From Spirochaetia bacterium (GTDB lineage Bacteria > Spirochaetota > Spirochaetia > SZUA-6 > Bin103), in NCBI GenBank assembly GCA_965203905.1, contig CBDBDQ010000005.1, positions 7,392,001-7,456,000 on the forward strand: a stretch of DNA of 64,000 bases. The letters are read 5' to 3'. Positions within the stretch are counted from its first letter, which is position 1. Every line of letters starts with the position of its first letter. Made by a program: the position numbers and the translations under genes. Under the pieces are notes generated by a model, which worked only from the letters and a program-made list of their open reading frames with translations, was not told where the DNA came from and searched no databases. Below, piece by piece: positions 1 through 9,853 of this stretch.

Positions 1-83
1 AGCAGGCGGTTGAAGAGCGTGGACTTGCCGACGTTGGGGCGGCCGACGATGGCCACGAGCGGCACGGTTTGCGGGGCTGACAT
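1..83 (-). CDS. der: Ribosome biogenesis GTPase Der/EngA (N-terminal fragment, runs off window start)
   Basis: Manual translation from ATG at 83: [27 protein letters not shown], the first P-loop of Der; not in ORF track. Confidence 0.9.
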   Translation of the reverse strand, partial: MSAPQTVPLVAIVGRPNVGKSTLFNRL

Positions 84-218
84 GCTGGTGCTTCACCCCA
101 ACACGGACCCCGCGAGCAGGTCAACGCATCGCCCGGGGCCTCCCGACGCTGGTTCAATGTGCGCTGCCACCGTGCCGATCTATAAGGGTGTCGGGCAACC
201 GACTGGTTCCTGCACGCC

Positions 219-1208
219 ATGGCACGGAAGAGAAATCGCAAGAGCGTCCGCGGCAAGGCCCGCCGGAGCAGGCAAGGTCACTCCGCTCGAGCATCGGCGG
301 CCGGCCGGCGTTCGCCGGCCAGGGCGCGCAAGAAGGCGCCGATCGGCGTTCTGCTCTGGACCGCAATCATTCTCTTCGTGCTCGTGGTGTTCCTCTTCAA
401 CCGGATGGCCATTCGCGAGGTCGTGGACCGTACGGACCTGCTCACCGTGCTTCAGCGCAGCGTCGACAACGCCATGGGACGTACCCTCCCGGCCGCCGAC
501 ACCGTGCCGCTGCCAGTGGTGACACGAACTCCCCTGGCGCCTGCCACGCCCGAGGATACCGAGCCGCAACCCCAGGAAGTGCCACAACCCGAGGAAGTGC
601 CGCAGCCCCAGGTAGTCACGCCCAACCCGGCTCCCGTGCGCGAGGATGCGTTGCCCGCGCCCGCACCCACGGCGTCGAGCGATGCGTCGCCGGCGGTCGC
701 CGATACGGCTCCCCCGAACCCACCGGCGCAACCGGATGCGAGCCCGCCGCCACGGGTTCCGAGTGCCCGCCAGCGGCGCCTGTTCTTCGCCGCCGTGAGC
801 GACGCCGGGGAGATCGCCGTCACCGGGGTGATGCGCGCCGTGGACGACACCGGGTCGCCCCTCACCGAGACCTTGCGGACCCTTTTCGCCGGGCCCGAGC
901 CAAGCGAAGTCAACCGCGGACTCACTACCATGATTCCCCCGGCCGTGACCTTGAATCGGGTCCACGTGAGCGAACAGATCGCCTATATCGATGTGAGCGA
1001 GAGCTTTCGCTTCAACCCTCTGGGACGCGAGGGCCTGCACGCCCAGCTGCAACAGATCGTGTTTTCGGCAACCGAGTTTCCCGGCGTGGAGATGGTGCAG
1101 ATTCTGATCGACGGCCGGCGGGTCGAGTTCCTCGGGCCCGAGGGCACCTACATCGGGAAGCCGATCGGCCGCGCCATGTTCTTCGGCGACCCGCCGGCAG
1201 CGCCGTAG
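219..1208 (+). CDS. GerMN domain-containing membrane-anchored protein
   Basis: Basic N-terminus, one TM helix, Pro/Ala/Glu linker, C-terminal GerMN-like motifs (LFAGP, IDVSESF, QIVFSATEFPGVEMVQILIDG). Confidence 0.8.
   Translation: MARKRNRKSVRGKARRSRQGHSARASAAGRRSPARARKKAPIGVLLWTAIILFVLVVFLFNRMAIREVVDRTDLLTVLQRSVDNAMGRTLPAADTVPLPVVTRTPLAPATPEDTEPQPQEVPQPEEVPQPQVVTPNPAPVREDALPAPAPTASSDASPAVADTAPPNPPAQPDASPPPRVPSARQRRLFFAAVSDAGEIAVTGVMRAVDDTGSPLTETLRTLFAGPEPSEVNRGLTTMIPPAVTLNRVHVSEQIAYIDVSESFRFNPLGREGLHAQLQQIVFSATEFPGVEMVQILIDGRRVEFLGPEGTYIGKPIGRAMFFGDPPAAP
560..617 (+). repeat. In-frame imperfect 18-nt tandem repeat (about 3 units) encoding PQEVPQ/PEEVPQ/PQVV
   Basis: ccccaggaagtgccacaa / cccgaggaagtgccgcag / ccccaggtagtc in the GerMN linker. 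Confidence 0.65.
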
Positions 1209-2089
1209 TCGCGCCCGACTGCCGCCGCCGACTGCTGCAGTTCCCGCCGCAGCGTGGCGACCGGGTCCGGCCAGGCCGCTGCCGCCACCGGTTTCGTACC
1301 GGCTGCCAGCAACGCCAGCACCTCGCGGTTGCCGCGGCGACCGCGCACCGGCGCCGGAGTGCAGCCCTGTACCACCACGCCCTCGGCCGCCAGGTCGCGC
1401 ACCAGCGCCGTCACCACGGCGATGATGGCGTCCGTCCCGATCACGCGGCCGTCAAAACGGCTGCGGGCCGCACGCGCCGTCGGCGCTGCCGCCAGCTCGA
1501 ACTGCGGCTTGATCAAGGCAACCAGCCAGTTGTCTCCGGTGAGTCCCAGCAGGCGGGCCGCGGCCCCACGCAGCGAGCGGAACGAGAGGTCGCATACCGC
1601 TCCGTCAGGTGGCGGCTGCAGGCTGTCGCCGGCGAGATGCATCACGTTGGTCCGCTCGTGGACGCTGGTGCGCGGATCCTTGCGCAGCCGATAGGTCAGT
1701 GCCCCATGCGCCACGTCGACGCAGTGCACGTGGCGCGCCCCGTGGCGCAACAGGCAGTCGGTAAAGCCACCGGTGGCGGAGCCTGCGTCCAGCACCACCC
1801 TACCCGCTACCGGCACCGGGAAGCGATTCAGTGCGTGCTGCAGCTTGTAGCCGGCGCGGGAGGCCAGCGGCGGCGCGTCAATGTGCTCCACTGTCGCCCC
1901 CACCGCAATCGGCCGTTGCGGATCGCGCACCCGCTCGCCGTCCACCAGGACCGCGCCGCACGCTATGGCGGCGTACCACTGTTCCCGGCCACGGTCCGGA
2001 TACCGCTCGCAAAGCCGATCGAGGAGCGTTCCCCGTCTGCTCCCGGCCGCGTGGGGGGCGCGGCGCCGGTCACAGCTCGGAGCGCTCAT
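1148..2089 (-). CDS. tlyA: TlyA-family rRNA 2'-O-methyltransferase (S4 + FtsJ-like domains)
   Basis: SRAGYKL, LDAGSATGGFTDCLL, ERTN, DLSFRS, LIKPQFE, GNRE motifs; 3' end overlaps convergent GerMN gene by 61 nt. Confidence 0.9.
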   Translation of the reverse strand: MSAPSCDRRRAPHAAGSRRGTLLDRLCERYPDRGREQWYAAIACGAVLVDGERVRDPQRPIAVGATVEHIDAPPLASRAGYKLQHALNRFPVPVAGRVVLDAGSATGGFTDCLLRHGARHVHCVDVAHGALTYRLRKDPRTSVHERTNVMHLAGDSLQPPPDGAVCDLSFRSLRGAAARLLGLTGDNWLVALIKPQFELAAAPTARAARSRFDGRVIGTDAIIAVVTALVRDLAAEGVVVQGCTPAPVRGRRGNREVLALLAAGTKPVAAAAWPDPVATLRRELQQSAAAVGRDYGAAGGSPKNMARPIGFPM

Positions 2090-2951
2090 GCACCAGCTCT
2101 ATGGAGTTGGCCTTGCCGCTGGTGCGATCCACCGTCACCAGGGCACCGCAGATGTCGGCCGGCCCTTCATCCACCTCCATCTTCAGCGGCATCTGGGTAA
2201 GCGACCGGCGCAGCACCACGTCGGCCTTCATGCCGATCACGCTGCCACGCGGTCCGGTCATGCCGAGATCGGTCAGGTAGGCGGTCCCGCCGGGAAGAAT
2301 GCGTTCATCCGCGGTCTGCACGTGAGTGTGGGTGCCGACCACGGCCGACACGGTGCCATCGAGGTGCAGTGCCAGGGCCTCTTTCTCCTCGAGACTCTCC
2401 GCGTGCATGTCCACCACCACCAGCGGGGTGACCTTTCGTATCTTGGCCACTTCCGCCTGTGCGACGCGGAACGGGCACCGCAAGTGGGCCATGCCGACGC
2501 GCCCCTCGAGATTCAGCACGCCGACGGTGACGTCATCCACCTCCAGCAGGCACACGCCCTTGCCGGGCACCGACGGCGGGTAATTGTGCGGTCGCAGCAG
2601 CCGCGCATCCGAGTCCAGCCGTGGCCAGATCTCGCGCTGCTGCCAGATGTGGTTGCCCGACGTCATTACGTCGATGCCGTAACCCGCCAGCTCGTCCGCC
2701 TGGGCCAGGGTGAGGCCGAATCCCGCCGCCGCATTTTCGACGTTGGCAATTACCAGGTCACAGCGCCGCCGCTTCTTGATCTGGGCCAGGTGCAGAAACA
2801 GCGCCCGTACGCCGGCGGGGCCGACCACGTCGCCGATCAGCAGGATACGGAGCGGCTCGGGCGCGGGCGGTGTGGCGCCGGTCGCGCCCAAAGGGTACTG
2901 CTCCAAGGTCAGCCGTACGGGGTCCTGTCGGATCTGCCGCTCACGCGCCAA
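2070..2951 (-). CDS. ymdB: YmdB/TIGR00282-family metallophosphoesterase
   Basis: IGDVVG, NVENAAAGFG, TSGNH, DMHAE, GTHTHVQTADERIL, TDLGMTG motifs; follows rny. Confidence 0.92.
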   Translation of the reverse strand: MARERQIRQDPVRLTLEQYPLGATGATPPAPEPLRILLIGDVVGPAGVRALFLHLAQIKKRRRCDLVIANVENAAAGFGLTLAQADELAGYGIDVMTSGNHIWQQREIWPRLDSDARLLRPHNYPPSVPGKGVCLLEVDDVTVGVLNLEGRVGMAHLRCPFRVAQAEVAKIRKVTPLVVVDMHAESLEEKEALALHLDGTVSAVVGTHTHVQTADERILPGGTAYLTDLGMTGPRGSVIGMKADVVLRRSLTQMPLKMEVDEGPADICGALVTVDRTSGKANSIELVHERSEL

Positions 2952-2963
2952 TCCGACAGCCTC

Positions 2964-4496
2964 TCAGCGCGCATATTCCACGACCCGGGTTTCGCGGATC
3001 ACCGTAACCTTGATGCGGCCGGGGTACTTCAGCTCGGCCTCGATCTGCTTGGCGACCTGCCGGCCCAGGTCGCGTGCCTCATCATCCGACACCCGCTCGT
3101 TGCTCACCATCACCCGCAGCTCACGGCCGGCCTGGATGGCGTAGGTGCGCTCGACTCCCGGGTAGTTGGCGGCGATGCGCTCCAGGTTCTCCAGGCGCTT
3201 GAGGTAGTTGTCCAACGATTCGCGCCGCGCGCCCGGCCGTGAGGCCGAGATGGTGTCGGCGATCTGCACGATGATCGCCTCCACACCCTGGGGCTCGACG
3301 TCATAGTGGTGGGCGCCGATTGCGTTGCACACCACCTCGTCCTCACCGCAGCGGCGCGCCAGCTCCATCCCGGTAACGGCGTGACCGAGGTCCTCATCGG
3401 TCTCGATCGCCTTGCCGATGTCGTGCAACAGCGAGGCGCGCTTGCTGAACTGGATGTTGCTGCCGGTCTCGGCCGCGATCATCGCTCCCAGCATTGCGGT
3501 CTCGCGGGCGTGGGCGAGCTGATTCTGACCGTAGCTGGTGCGGTAGCGCAGGCGGCCCAGCGTCATCACCAGGTCATGGTGCATGCTCGGAATCTCCAGC
3601 TCCAGCAACACCCGCTCGGCATCTTCCTCGATCGACTTGTCCAGGTCGCGGTTTACCTTGCGCACGATCTCTTCGATCCGCGCCGGGTGGATGCGTCCAT
3701 CCGCGATCAACCGCTCCAGCGCAAGACGGGCCGTTTCCTTGCGCAACGGGTCGAAGCAGGAGAGCACGACCGCCTCCGGGGTATCGTCGATGATGATATC
3801 CACGCCGGTGAGGTTCTCCAGGGTGCGGATGTTGCGCCCCTCGCGTCCGATGATCCGACCCTTCATGTCGTCGTTGGGCAGGTTCACCGAGGCTACGCTG
3901 ACCTCCGACGTGGTTTCCGACGCCAATCGCTGCATGGCGTTCACCACCACGGCACGCGCCTTGCGCTCCGCGGTCTGTCTTGCTTCGTTCTCGATATTGA
4001 GAACCAGGGCCTGCGCGTCCAGGCGCGCCTCGTTCTCGATACTGCGGATGAGGAACTTCTTGGCGTCCTCCGTGCTCAGCTTCGATACCTGTTCCAGCTT
4101 CGCGATCCACTCCTCCGAAGCCCGGCCCAACTCGACCTCGCGCTCCGCGAGCGTGTCTTCTCGAGTGACAACTGTCTGCTCCTGGCGATCAACCGCCTCC
4201 CGCCGCTTCTCTAGGTTCTCTTCCTTTTGCAGCAACCGTTGCTCGAGACGCTGAACCTCGTTCCTGCGTGCCCGCGTGTCCCGCTCCAGTTGATTTCGTT
4301 CCTGCAGTATCTCATCTTTGGTCTCCAGGAGCGCTTCCCGCTTCCTGGCTTCTGCGTCCTGAGTCGCATCCTTAATGATCCGTCGCGCCTTCTGCTCAGA
4401 AGACGCCAGTTCAAGTCTGGCGTACAGCCAGCGTATGAGCCAACCTAGTCCAATTCCAGCGGCGAGAGGAAGCAGAACCCATAGTACGGTCTGCAT
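2964..4496 (-). CDS. rny: Ribonuclease Y
   Basis: N-terminal TM helix, coiled coil, KH (KGRIIGREGRNIR), HD (LHDIGK), SASRPGAR; ATG 4496 with GGAGG SD. Confidence 0.97.
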   Translation of the reverse strand: MQTVLWVLLPLAAGIGLGWLIRWLYARLELASSEQKARRIIKDATQDAEARKREALLETKDEILQERNQLERDTRARRNEVQRLEQRLLQKEENLEKRREAVDRQEQTVVTREDTLAEREVELGRASEEWIAKLEQVSKLSTEDAKKFLIRSIENEARLDAQALVLNIENEARQTAERKARAVVVNAMQRLASETTSEVSVASVNLPNDDMKGRIIGREGRNIRTLENLTGVDIIIDDTPEAVVLSCFDPLRKETARLALERLIADGRIHPARIEEIVRKVNRDLDKSIEEDAERVLLELEIPSMHHDLVMTLGRLRYRTSYGQNQLAHARETAMLGAMIAAETGSNIQFSKRASLLHDIGKAIETDEDLGHAVTGMELARRCGEDEVVCNAIGAHHYDVEPQGVEAIIVQIADTISASRPGARRESLDNYLKRLENLERIAANYPGVERTYAIQAGRELRVMVSNERVSDDEARDLGRQVAKQIEAELKYPGRIKVTVIRETRVVEYAR

Positions 4497-4529
4497 ATTC
4501 TTCCTCCACCAAGTATTCGAGCGTTCATC

Positions 4530-4559
4530 AACGTACTGTTGGCCGCGGGCCGGTGTCAA
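4530..4559 (-). promoter_or_regulatory. Putative sigma70 promoter for rny-ymdB-tlyA
   Basis: TTGACA-18 nt-TACGTT on minus strand, 33 nt upstream of the rny ATG. Confidence 0.6.
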
Positions 4560-4583
4560 GCTGAGCGTCCGTCGGCCGGCCCG

Positions 4584-5978
4584 CTACGGATGCAGGTTGA
4601 GACGAGTTATGAGGGTGGTCAGGTCCCAGGCGGCGGCGCCTGGAGCAGCCGTGGGCGGCGCGGCGTCGGCCAGCAGCAGGTAGGCTGCGGTAGCGTCGAG
4701 GGTGGCGGGCAGAAACGCCAGCCGGCCGCCGCCACCCCACTCCACCGCTTCCAGACCGGCCGCATACCGTTCCCAGGCGCCGCCTGCACTCCCGCTCTCC
4801 ACCACCAGGCAGCGCCGCGACCGCAGGTGGTCGTCGTAGACCGGACTGCCCGCAGCCAACTCGAACGACCCCGCCAGGACGCCAAGCGAGCCTACGGCCA
4901 GCGCGCTGCGATAGGCGCCATGCTCACGCAACAACAGCGCCGCCCCCGCGGCGTCAAGCGACCGCCGCAGTCCCTCCAGCACTCGCGTTCGAGTCGCCGG
5001 CGCACGCGAGTCGGGATAGCGGGCTAGCAGCTGATCACAGCGTATCCCCTGCGCGGTGACCGGAATCTTCCCCTCCTGCCGGCGTCCTGCCGCCAGCAGC
5101 TGCTCCAGCTTGTCGTCAGTTATGGCACCCTCCGCCACCTGACGCAGGGAGGGGCGCAACGCAGGACCGTACAGATCCTCACGGACTCGGTAGACCCCGC
5201 CTTCGAACGCGACACTGCGGCGGGCGGCGGCTACGGCCTCGGCAAAGGCGGCTGCTTCGCAGACGATCGGCTCCGTGGCGGGCGCTGCCTGCGAAGCCGG
5301 GCTCGGCGGTGGCGGGGCAGCCACCTCGTGCGCCGGGCGCCGCCCGGTCGGCGGCGCACCACCGGCGGGGGTGTCCGTGCTGCGTTCCGCGACCGCGCCC
5401 GTGCGCGCGGGACCGGAGTCGCCACCGGCGAGCGCCGCGGCTGCCGGCGTGCCTGATACCGCGGCCAGCGTCCGCCGGATCAGGGCGTCGAGGTCGCTGC
5501 CATCCAGCCGCGGCGCCGACTCCACGCCTGCGCGCTGCTCCACAATCGCGACTACCTGCTGCCACGCGTCTTCCAGCAGGGCCGCTCTCCGGCGCCGCCA
5601 GCGGCGGGTTCCGCGGCCGAGTCCGTGACTCAGGTTCCGCTCCGCCTCCCTGCGGAGGCGGCCGAGCCGGTCACGCCAGGTTGCCGTCTCGAGCGCGCCC
5701 GGGGTACGCGCCAACTCGTGCAGCAACCTGCGCTGGAACTCGCCGATGCGCCGCGTCAGCTCGGCGGTACGTTGCAGCGGCCGAGGCCGCGTGAGCAGCA
5801 GGGCCAGCGCCGCGCCAACCGCCGCTGCCGCTGCCCATCGTAACGGCGCATGCCGCTGATCGCTCAGGGCGCCAGCCGCTGCGCCCCACCAGGGAAAGGT
5901 CGCGACCGCCGCCGCCACCAGCAGCAGCCACAGCACCAGCCTAGCGGCTCTTGCGGCCGCAGTCCTACGAGCCGACAA
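4584..5978 (-). CDS. Hypothetical membrane protein (two N-terminal TM helices, Pro/Ala linker, possible GAF-like C-terminal domain)
   Basis: 464-aa ORF overlapping the end of the upstream gene; hydrophobic N-terminus; start codon uncertain. Confidence 0.65.
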   Translation of the reverse strand: MSARRTAAARAARLVLWLLLVAAAVATFPWWGAAAGALSDQRHAPLRWAAAAAVGAALALLLTRPRPLQRTAELTRRIGEFQRRLLHELARTPGALETATWRDRLGRLRREAERNLSHGLGRGTRRWRRRRAALLEDAWQQVVAIVEQRAGVESAPRLDGSDLDALIRRTLAAVSGTPAAAALAGGDSGPARTGAVAERSTDTPAGGAPPTGRRPAHEVAAPPPPSPASQAAPATEPIVCEAAAFAEAVAAARRSVAFEGGVYRVREDLYGPALRPSLRQVAEGAITDDKLEQLLAAGRRQEGKIPVTAQGIRCDQLLARYPDSRAPATRTRVLEGLRRSLDAAGAALLLREHGAYRSALAVGSLGVLAGSFELAAGSPVYDDHLRSRRCLVVESGSAGGAWERYAAGLEAVEWGGGGRLAFLPATLDATAAYLLLADAAPPTAAPGAAAWDLTTLITRLNLHP

Positions 5979-6633
5979 TCGCGGCCGCCCACAGCAGCCC
6001 CAGAAGTGCAGCGAGAATGGTGATTCCGGCGGCCGTAGCCCCGGTTGCGACCGCCGTGGGCAGCCTCGTGGCGACGCCGCGCTGGGCCTCCAGCAGCAGA
6101 CGATCGAGGCGTCCTACCGGATCGCGGGCCAACAGCTTCACGTCCGCGTCGAGCAGGAAGCGCACGTAGGCCAGGGTGAGGGTGAGCAGCCGGCCCAGTC
6201 TGCCGGGCAACTCAAGGTCATGGCGTATCCCGACTTTCGACAGCAGCAGCAGGCCGGTAAGGCTGAACGCCTTGGTGAATCCCACCCGCAACGCGCCCTC
6301 GGTTACCGGGAAGGCCCCCAACTCCAGCAGCACCCTCCCGCCGGGAGCGGCAAGATTGAACGCCACCACCGCGCCGAAGAACGTCGCGGTGCGTCCCCAC
6401 CGCATCCGCCGATGGGTGCCCAGCACCAGCAGGATCAGCACCAGAAGCAACAGGGCGCGGGCAAGCGGACCGGCGGGAAGCAGCATGGAGGGCGCGGCCG
6501 CCACCGCCCATACGAACAGGGCACGAGCGGAGACGCGCTGGTCGAGCCAACTCGTCAAGCCCGATGACTGCCGCCCCGGGCGCCGCCCCAATGGCGGCCT
6601 TCCGCCCGCGCGCTCATCCTGACTCGTCGGCAC
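5965..6633 (-). CDS. Multi-TM membrane protein, EcfT/CbiQ-like (divergent)
   Basis: Several TM segments; FNLAAPGGRVLLELG..VTEGAL..G pattern resembles ECF T components. Confidence 0.55.
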   Translation of the reverse strand: MPTSQDERAGGRPPLGRRPGRQSSGLTSWLDQRVSARALFVWAVAAAPSMLLPAGPLARALLLLVLILLVLGTHRRMRWGRTATFFGAVVAFNLAAPGGRVLLELGAFPVTEGALRVGFTKAFSLTGLLLLSKVGIRHDLELPGRLGRLLTLTLAYVRFLLDADVKLLARDPVGRLDRLLLEAQRGVATRLPTAVATGATAAGITILAALLGLLWAAAIVGS

Positions 6634-6672
6634 CTCCGCGGGCCGCCGCGCCAGCAGCCCGTGCGATGTCGG

Positions 6673-7053
6673 TCACGAAGTGGCGGTGGTGTCCTGCCCT
6701 AGCTCCACCAGTTCCAGCAACACCATTTCGGATGCATCACCGTAGCGCTTACCCAGCTTGACCCGGCGGGTATAGCCTCCGGGGCGGCTGGCGAACCGCT
6801 GTGCGATGTCGGTGAACAGTTTCGCCAGGATTTCCTTGTCATGGATCCGTCGCGCCACCTGGCGGCGGTTGTGCACGGTGTCCACCCGGGCCCGCGTAAT
6901 CAGCCGTTCCGCGGTGCGCGCGATCTCTCGCGCCTTCGCCTTGGTGGTACGAATTCGTTCATAGCGGAACAGCGCCGTGACCATGCTTCTGTGCAGTGCC
7001 CGGCGATGGCTGGCCTTGCGATCCAGACGGTTGACACCGTTTCTATGCTTCAT
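6673..7053 (-). CDS. rplQ: 50S ribosomal protein L17
   Basis: [31 protein letters not shown]; start overlaps rpoA end. Confidence 0.97.
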   Translation of the reverse strand: MKHRNGVNRLDRKASHRRALHRSMVTALFRYERIRTTKAKAREIARTAERLITRARVDTVHNRRQVARRIHDKEILAKLFTDIAQRFASRPGGYTRRVKLGKRYGDASEMVLLELVELGQDTTATS

Positions 7054-8206
7054 GACTTGGAGTCTCCACGGGAGTCGCCGCCGCGGGCTCGTCGGCATCG
7101 TCCACCTCGGCGGCGGCAGCCGGCTCGGCCCCGCTGTCGGCCGCGTCGGCGGCCCCGGCGTCAACCGCTGCGCCGTCACCCTCGCCTCTCAACTCGGCCT
7201 TGAGCTCGGTGTAGTCACTGATACCGAGGCGCAGATTGAGCTCCGCCAACTTCGACTTGATCTCATCCAGAGACTTGGTACCGAAGTTGCGCGTCTTCTT
7301 TATCTCTTCCTCGGTCTTCGTGACCAGGTCCCAAATCGTGTGAATCTGTGCGTTCTGCAGGCAATTACTGGAACGCACCGACAGCTCCAGCTCCTTCACC
7401 GGAGTACTCAGCAGAGCTCTCACGCGTTCATCCTCTTCGTCGTAGGTATCTTCTTCGCTTCCTTCTTCTTCATCGAAGTTGATGAATACCGTGAACTGCT
7501 CCTTGGCGATCTTGGCCGCCTCCGCCAACGCGTCTTCCGGCGTAACAGTCCCGTCGGTGGTAACTTCAAGGATCAGCTTGTCGAAGTCGGTACGCTGCCC
7601 GACGCGGGTATTCTCGACCGAGTACTTGGCCTTCAGGATGGGCGAATAGATGGCATCCACGGCGATCGTGCCAACCACTTGGATATACTGTTCATGACGC
7701 TCGGCGGGAACGTATCCGCGCCCCAGTTCGATCTGGACTTCCAGCGCCAGGTTGCCGCCGTCCATCAAGGTGGCCAGCTTCAACTCCGGGTTGAGAACCG
7801 TAACCTGCGAATCCACGGAGATTTCGGCACCGGTCAACTCGCCGGGGCCCTTGGCTTCCACCAGGATGGTCTTCTCCTCCAGATCGTCGGTAAGGGCGAT
7901 CTTGAGTTGTTTCAGCGCGTTGATTACGTCTGGCGTGTCCTCCACCACATCGGGGATCGAGTCGAACTCGCTGGACAGGATACGGGGCACGCCGTCGGCG
8001 TCGTAGCTGGTTACATGAATCGCCGAAACGGCGTAACCCTGGATCGACGAGAGCAGGATCCGGCGCAAGGTATTGCCCACCGTTACCCCGTAGCCACGCT
8101 CGAACGGGTAGGCCACAAAACGCCCGAAGCTGCGGTCAACCTCGTCGTGCTCGAAGGTGATGCCCTTGGGACGCTTCAGCCCCTTCAGCAGACTCTTACG
8201 TGGCAT
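7043..8206 (-). CDS. rpoA: RNA polymerase subunit alpha, with acidic C-terminal tail
   Basis: [42 protein letters not shown]. Confidence 0.98.
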   Translation of the reverse strand: MPRKSLLKGLKRPKGITFEHDEVDRSFGRFVAYPFERGYGVTVGNTLRRILLSSIQGYAVSAIHVTSYDADGVPRILSSEFDSIPDVVEDTPDVINALKQLKIALTDDLEEKTILVEAKGPGELTGAEISVDSQVTVLNPELKLATLMDGGNLALEVQIELGRGYVPAERHEQYIQVVGTIAVDAIYSPILKAKYSVENTRVGQRTDFDKLILEVTTDGTVTPEDALAEAAKIAKEQFTVFINFDEEEGSEEDTYDEEDERVRALLSTPVKELELSVRSSNCLQNAQIHTIWDLVTKTEEEIKKTRNFGTKSLDEIKSKLAELNLRLGISDYTELKAELRGEGDGAAVDAGAADAADSGAEPAAAAEVDDADEPAAATPVETPSHEA

Positions 8207-8213
8207 AGAGACC

Positions 8214-8849
8214 TCACTTCGAGTACAGCTCGACAATGAGCTGTTCGTTGATGCCAGCCAAGTCGACGACATCGCTGCGCTGCGGTATGGCCCGCACCTG
8301 GCCGCTGAGAGCATCGGGATCGACCTCCAGCCAGGGCACCACGCCGGACCGCGAATACTCCTTGAGCCCGTCCTTGATGACGGTCAGTCGCTTGGCCCGT
8401 TCATGCACCGCGACGGTATCGTTTTCACGCACCAGATAGGACGGAATGGTGACCCGCCGGCCGTTCACCAGAATATGCCCGTGCGCGACCAGTTGCCGAG
8501 CCTGTTTCCGGGACGCGGCGAAATGCAGCCGGTATACGATGTTGTCCAGCCGCTTCTCCAGCAGCTTGATCAGGTTCTCGCCGGTCACTCCGCGTTCTCG
8601 CGCCGCCTTCTGAAAGAAGTTGCGGAATTGTCGCTCGAACATGCCATACATGCGCTTTACTTTCTGCTTTTCGCGCATCTGCACACCGTAGTCCGAAACC
8701 TTCTGCATGCGGGCACGAGGGCTCTTGCCCGGCTTGCCCTTGCGCTTGGTGATCTGACACTTGGGGCTGTGGCAGCGATCCCCCTTGAGAAACAGCTTCA
8801 CGCCCTCCGCCCGGCACAGCCGGCACGCCGGTCCCAGGTACCTACCCAT
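8214..8849 (-). CDS. rpsD: 30S ribosomal protein S4 (Zn-binding C+ form)
   Basis: MGRYLGPACRLCR, EKRLDNIVYR, ARQLVAHGHI, IVELYSK. Confidence 0.98.
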   Translation of the reverse strand: MGRYLGPACRLCRAEGVKLFLKGDRCHSPKCQITKRKGKPGKSPRARMQKVSDYGVQMREKQKVKRMYGMFERQFRNFFQKAARERGVTGENLIKLLEKRLDNIVYRLHFAASRKQARQLVAHGHILVNGRRVTIPSYLVRENDTVAVHERAKRLTVIKDGLKEYSRSGVVPWLEVDPDALSGQVRAIPQRSDVVDLAGINEQLIVELYSK

Positions 8850-8861
8850 GATCGGCCCCTC

Positions 8862-9233
8862 TCACACTCGCCGCTTCTTCTGCGGACGACAGCCGTTGTG
8901 CGGTATGGGAGTAACGTTGCGGATGGCCCGGACCCGTAATCCCAGGGCACCCAGCGAACGTATGGCGGACTCGCCCCCGCCACCCGGCCCCTTGACGTAG
9001 ACGGCTACCTCCTGGAGACCGTACTCCATCGCTTTGCGGGCCGCCGTCTCAGCCGTGGTCTGGGCCGCAAACGGCGTCGACTTCTTCGCTCCCCGGAAGC
9101 CTAGTGAGCCCGCCGATGCCCAGGAAACGGCATTCCCCATGAGGTCGGTAATCGTGACAATCGTATTGTTGAAGGTAGCCTGGATATAGACGTTACCCTG
9201 ACTTACCTGTCTTCTCGCTGCTCGTTTAGCCAC
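8862..9233 (-). CDS. rpsK: 30S ribosomal protein S11
   Basis: [35 protein letters not shown]. Confidence 0.98.
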   Translation of the reverse strand: MAKRAARRQVSQGNVYIQATFNNTIVTITDLMGNAVSWASAGSLGFRGAKKSTPFAAQTTAETAARKAMEYGLQEVAVYVKGPGGGGESAIRSLGALGLRVRAIRNVTPIPHNGCRPQKKRRV

Positions 9234-9266
9234 TGTCTCTCCGTTCTGTGTCGCTCAGTCGGCCGG

Positions 9267-9647
9267 CTACTTGGCCGCTGGTGCCTTGCGTTTGCCGGCA
9301 ACGGTCTTGCGCTTGCCCTTGCGAATTCTGGCGTTGGTACGGGTCCGCTGACCGCGCACGGGAAGACCGCGGCGATGGCGAATGCCACGGTAGCAGCCGA
9401 TGTCCATCAAGCGCTTGATATGCATCGACACCTCCGTGCGGAGCCGTCCCTCTACCTGGTAGTCATTCTCGATGACCTGCCGTAAACGGGTTACCTCATC
9501 GGCGCTAAGCTCGCTCATGCGGGTCTGCGGATCCACCCCTACGGTCGCGCAAATGGTGGCCGCCGCCGACCGTCCAATGCCGAATATGTAGGTGAGAGCG
9601 ATATCGACGTGCTTATTGGGTAAGTCAATCCCGGCGATGCGTGCCAT
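9267..9647 (-). CDS. rpsM: 30S ribosomal protein S13
   Basis: [29 protein letters not shown]. Confidence 0.98.
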   Translation of the reverse strand: MARIAGIDLPNKHVDIALTYIFGIGRSAAATICATVGVDPQTRMSELSADEVTRLRQVIENDYQVEGRLRTEVSMHIKRLMDIGCYRGIRHRRGLPVRGQRTRTNARIRKGKRKTVAGKRKAPAAK

Positions 9648-9674
9648 CAGTCCCTCCTTGGAAAACGGTAGGCC

Positions 9675-9803
9675 CTAGCCACGAGCCCCCCCGCGTTGGC
9701 GCTGCTTGTGCTTGGGATTCTCGCAGACGACGCGAACCACGCCGCGGCGCCGGATCACCTTGCACTTGTTGCACATTCTCTTGACGCTTACGCGTACCTT
9801 CAT
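9675..9803 (-). CDS. rpmJ: 50S ribosomal protein L36 (C+ form)
   Basis: Manual translation [42 protein letters not shown]; below ORF-track cutoff. Confidence 0.95.
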   Translation of the reverse strand: MKVRVSVKRMCNKCKVIRRRGVVRVVCENPKHKQRQRGGARG

Positions 9804-9853
9804 GGTGTTGCTCCCTATACCAGCGTGACCTGCGAATCATCTGTCCTCGAGGA

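Noticed and set aside
1148-1208. 61-nt convergent overlap of tlyA and the GerMN gene as antisense regulation
   Set aside because: Most simply a stop-codon run-on in high-GC DNA; no further supporting signal
188-2200. 670-aa Arg/Pro/Gly-rich ORF and similar alternative-frame ORFs throughout the track
   Set aside because: Composition typical of non-coding frames in high-GC DNA; they overlap well-supported genes
4497-4583. 6S RNA upstream of rny
   Set aside because: The spacer is under 90 nt and is taken up by a promoter and SD; too short for 6S RNA
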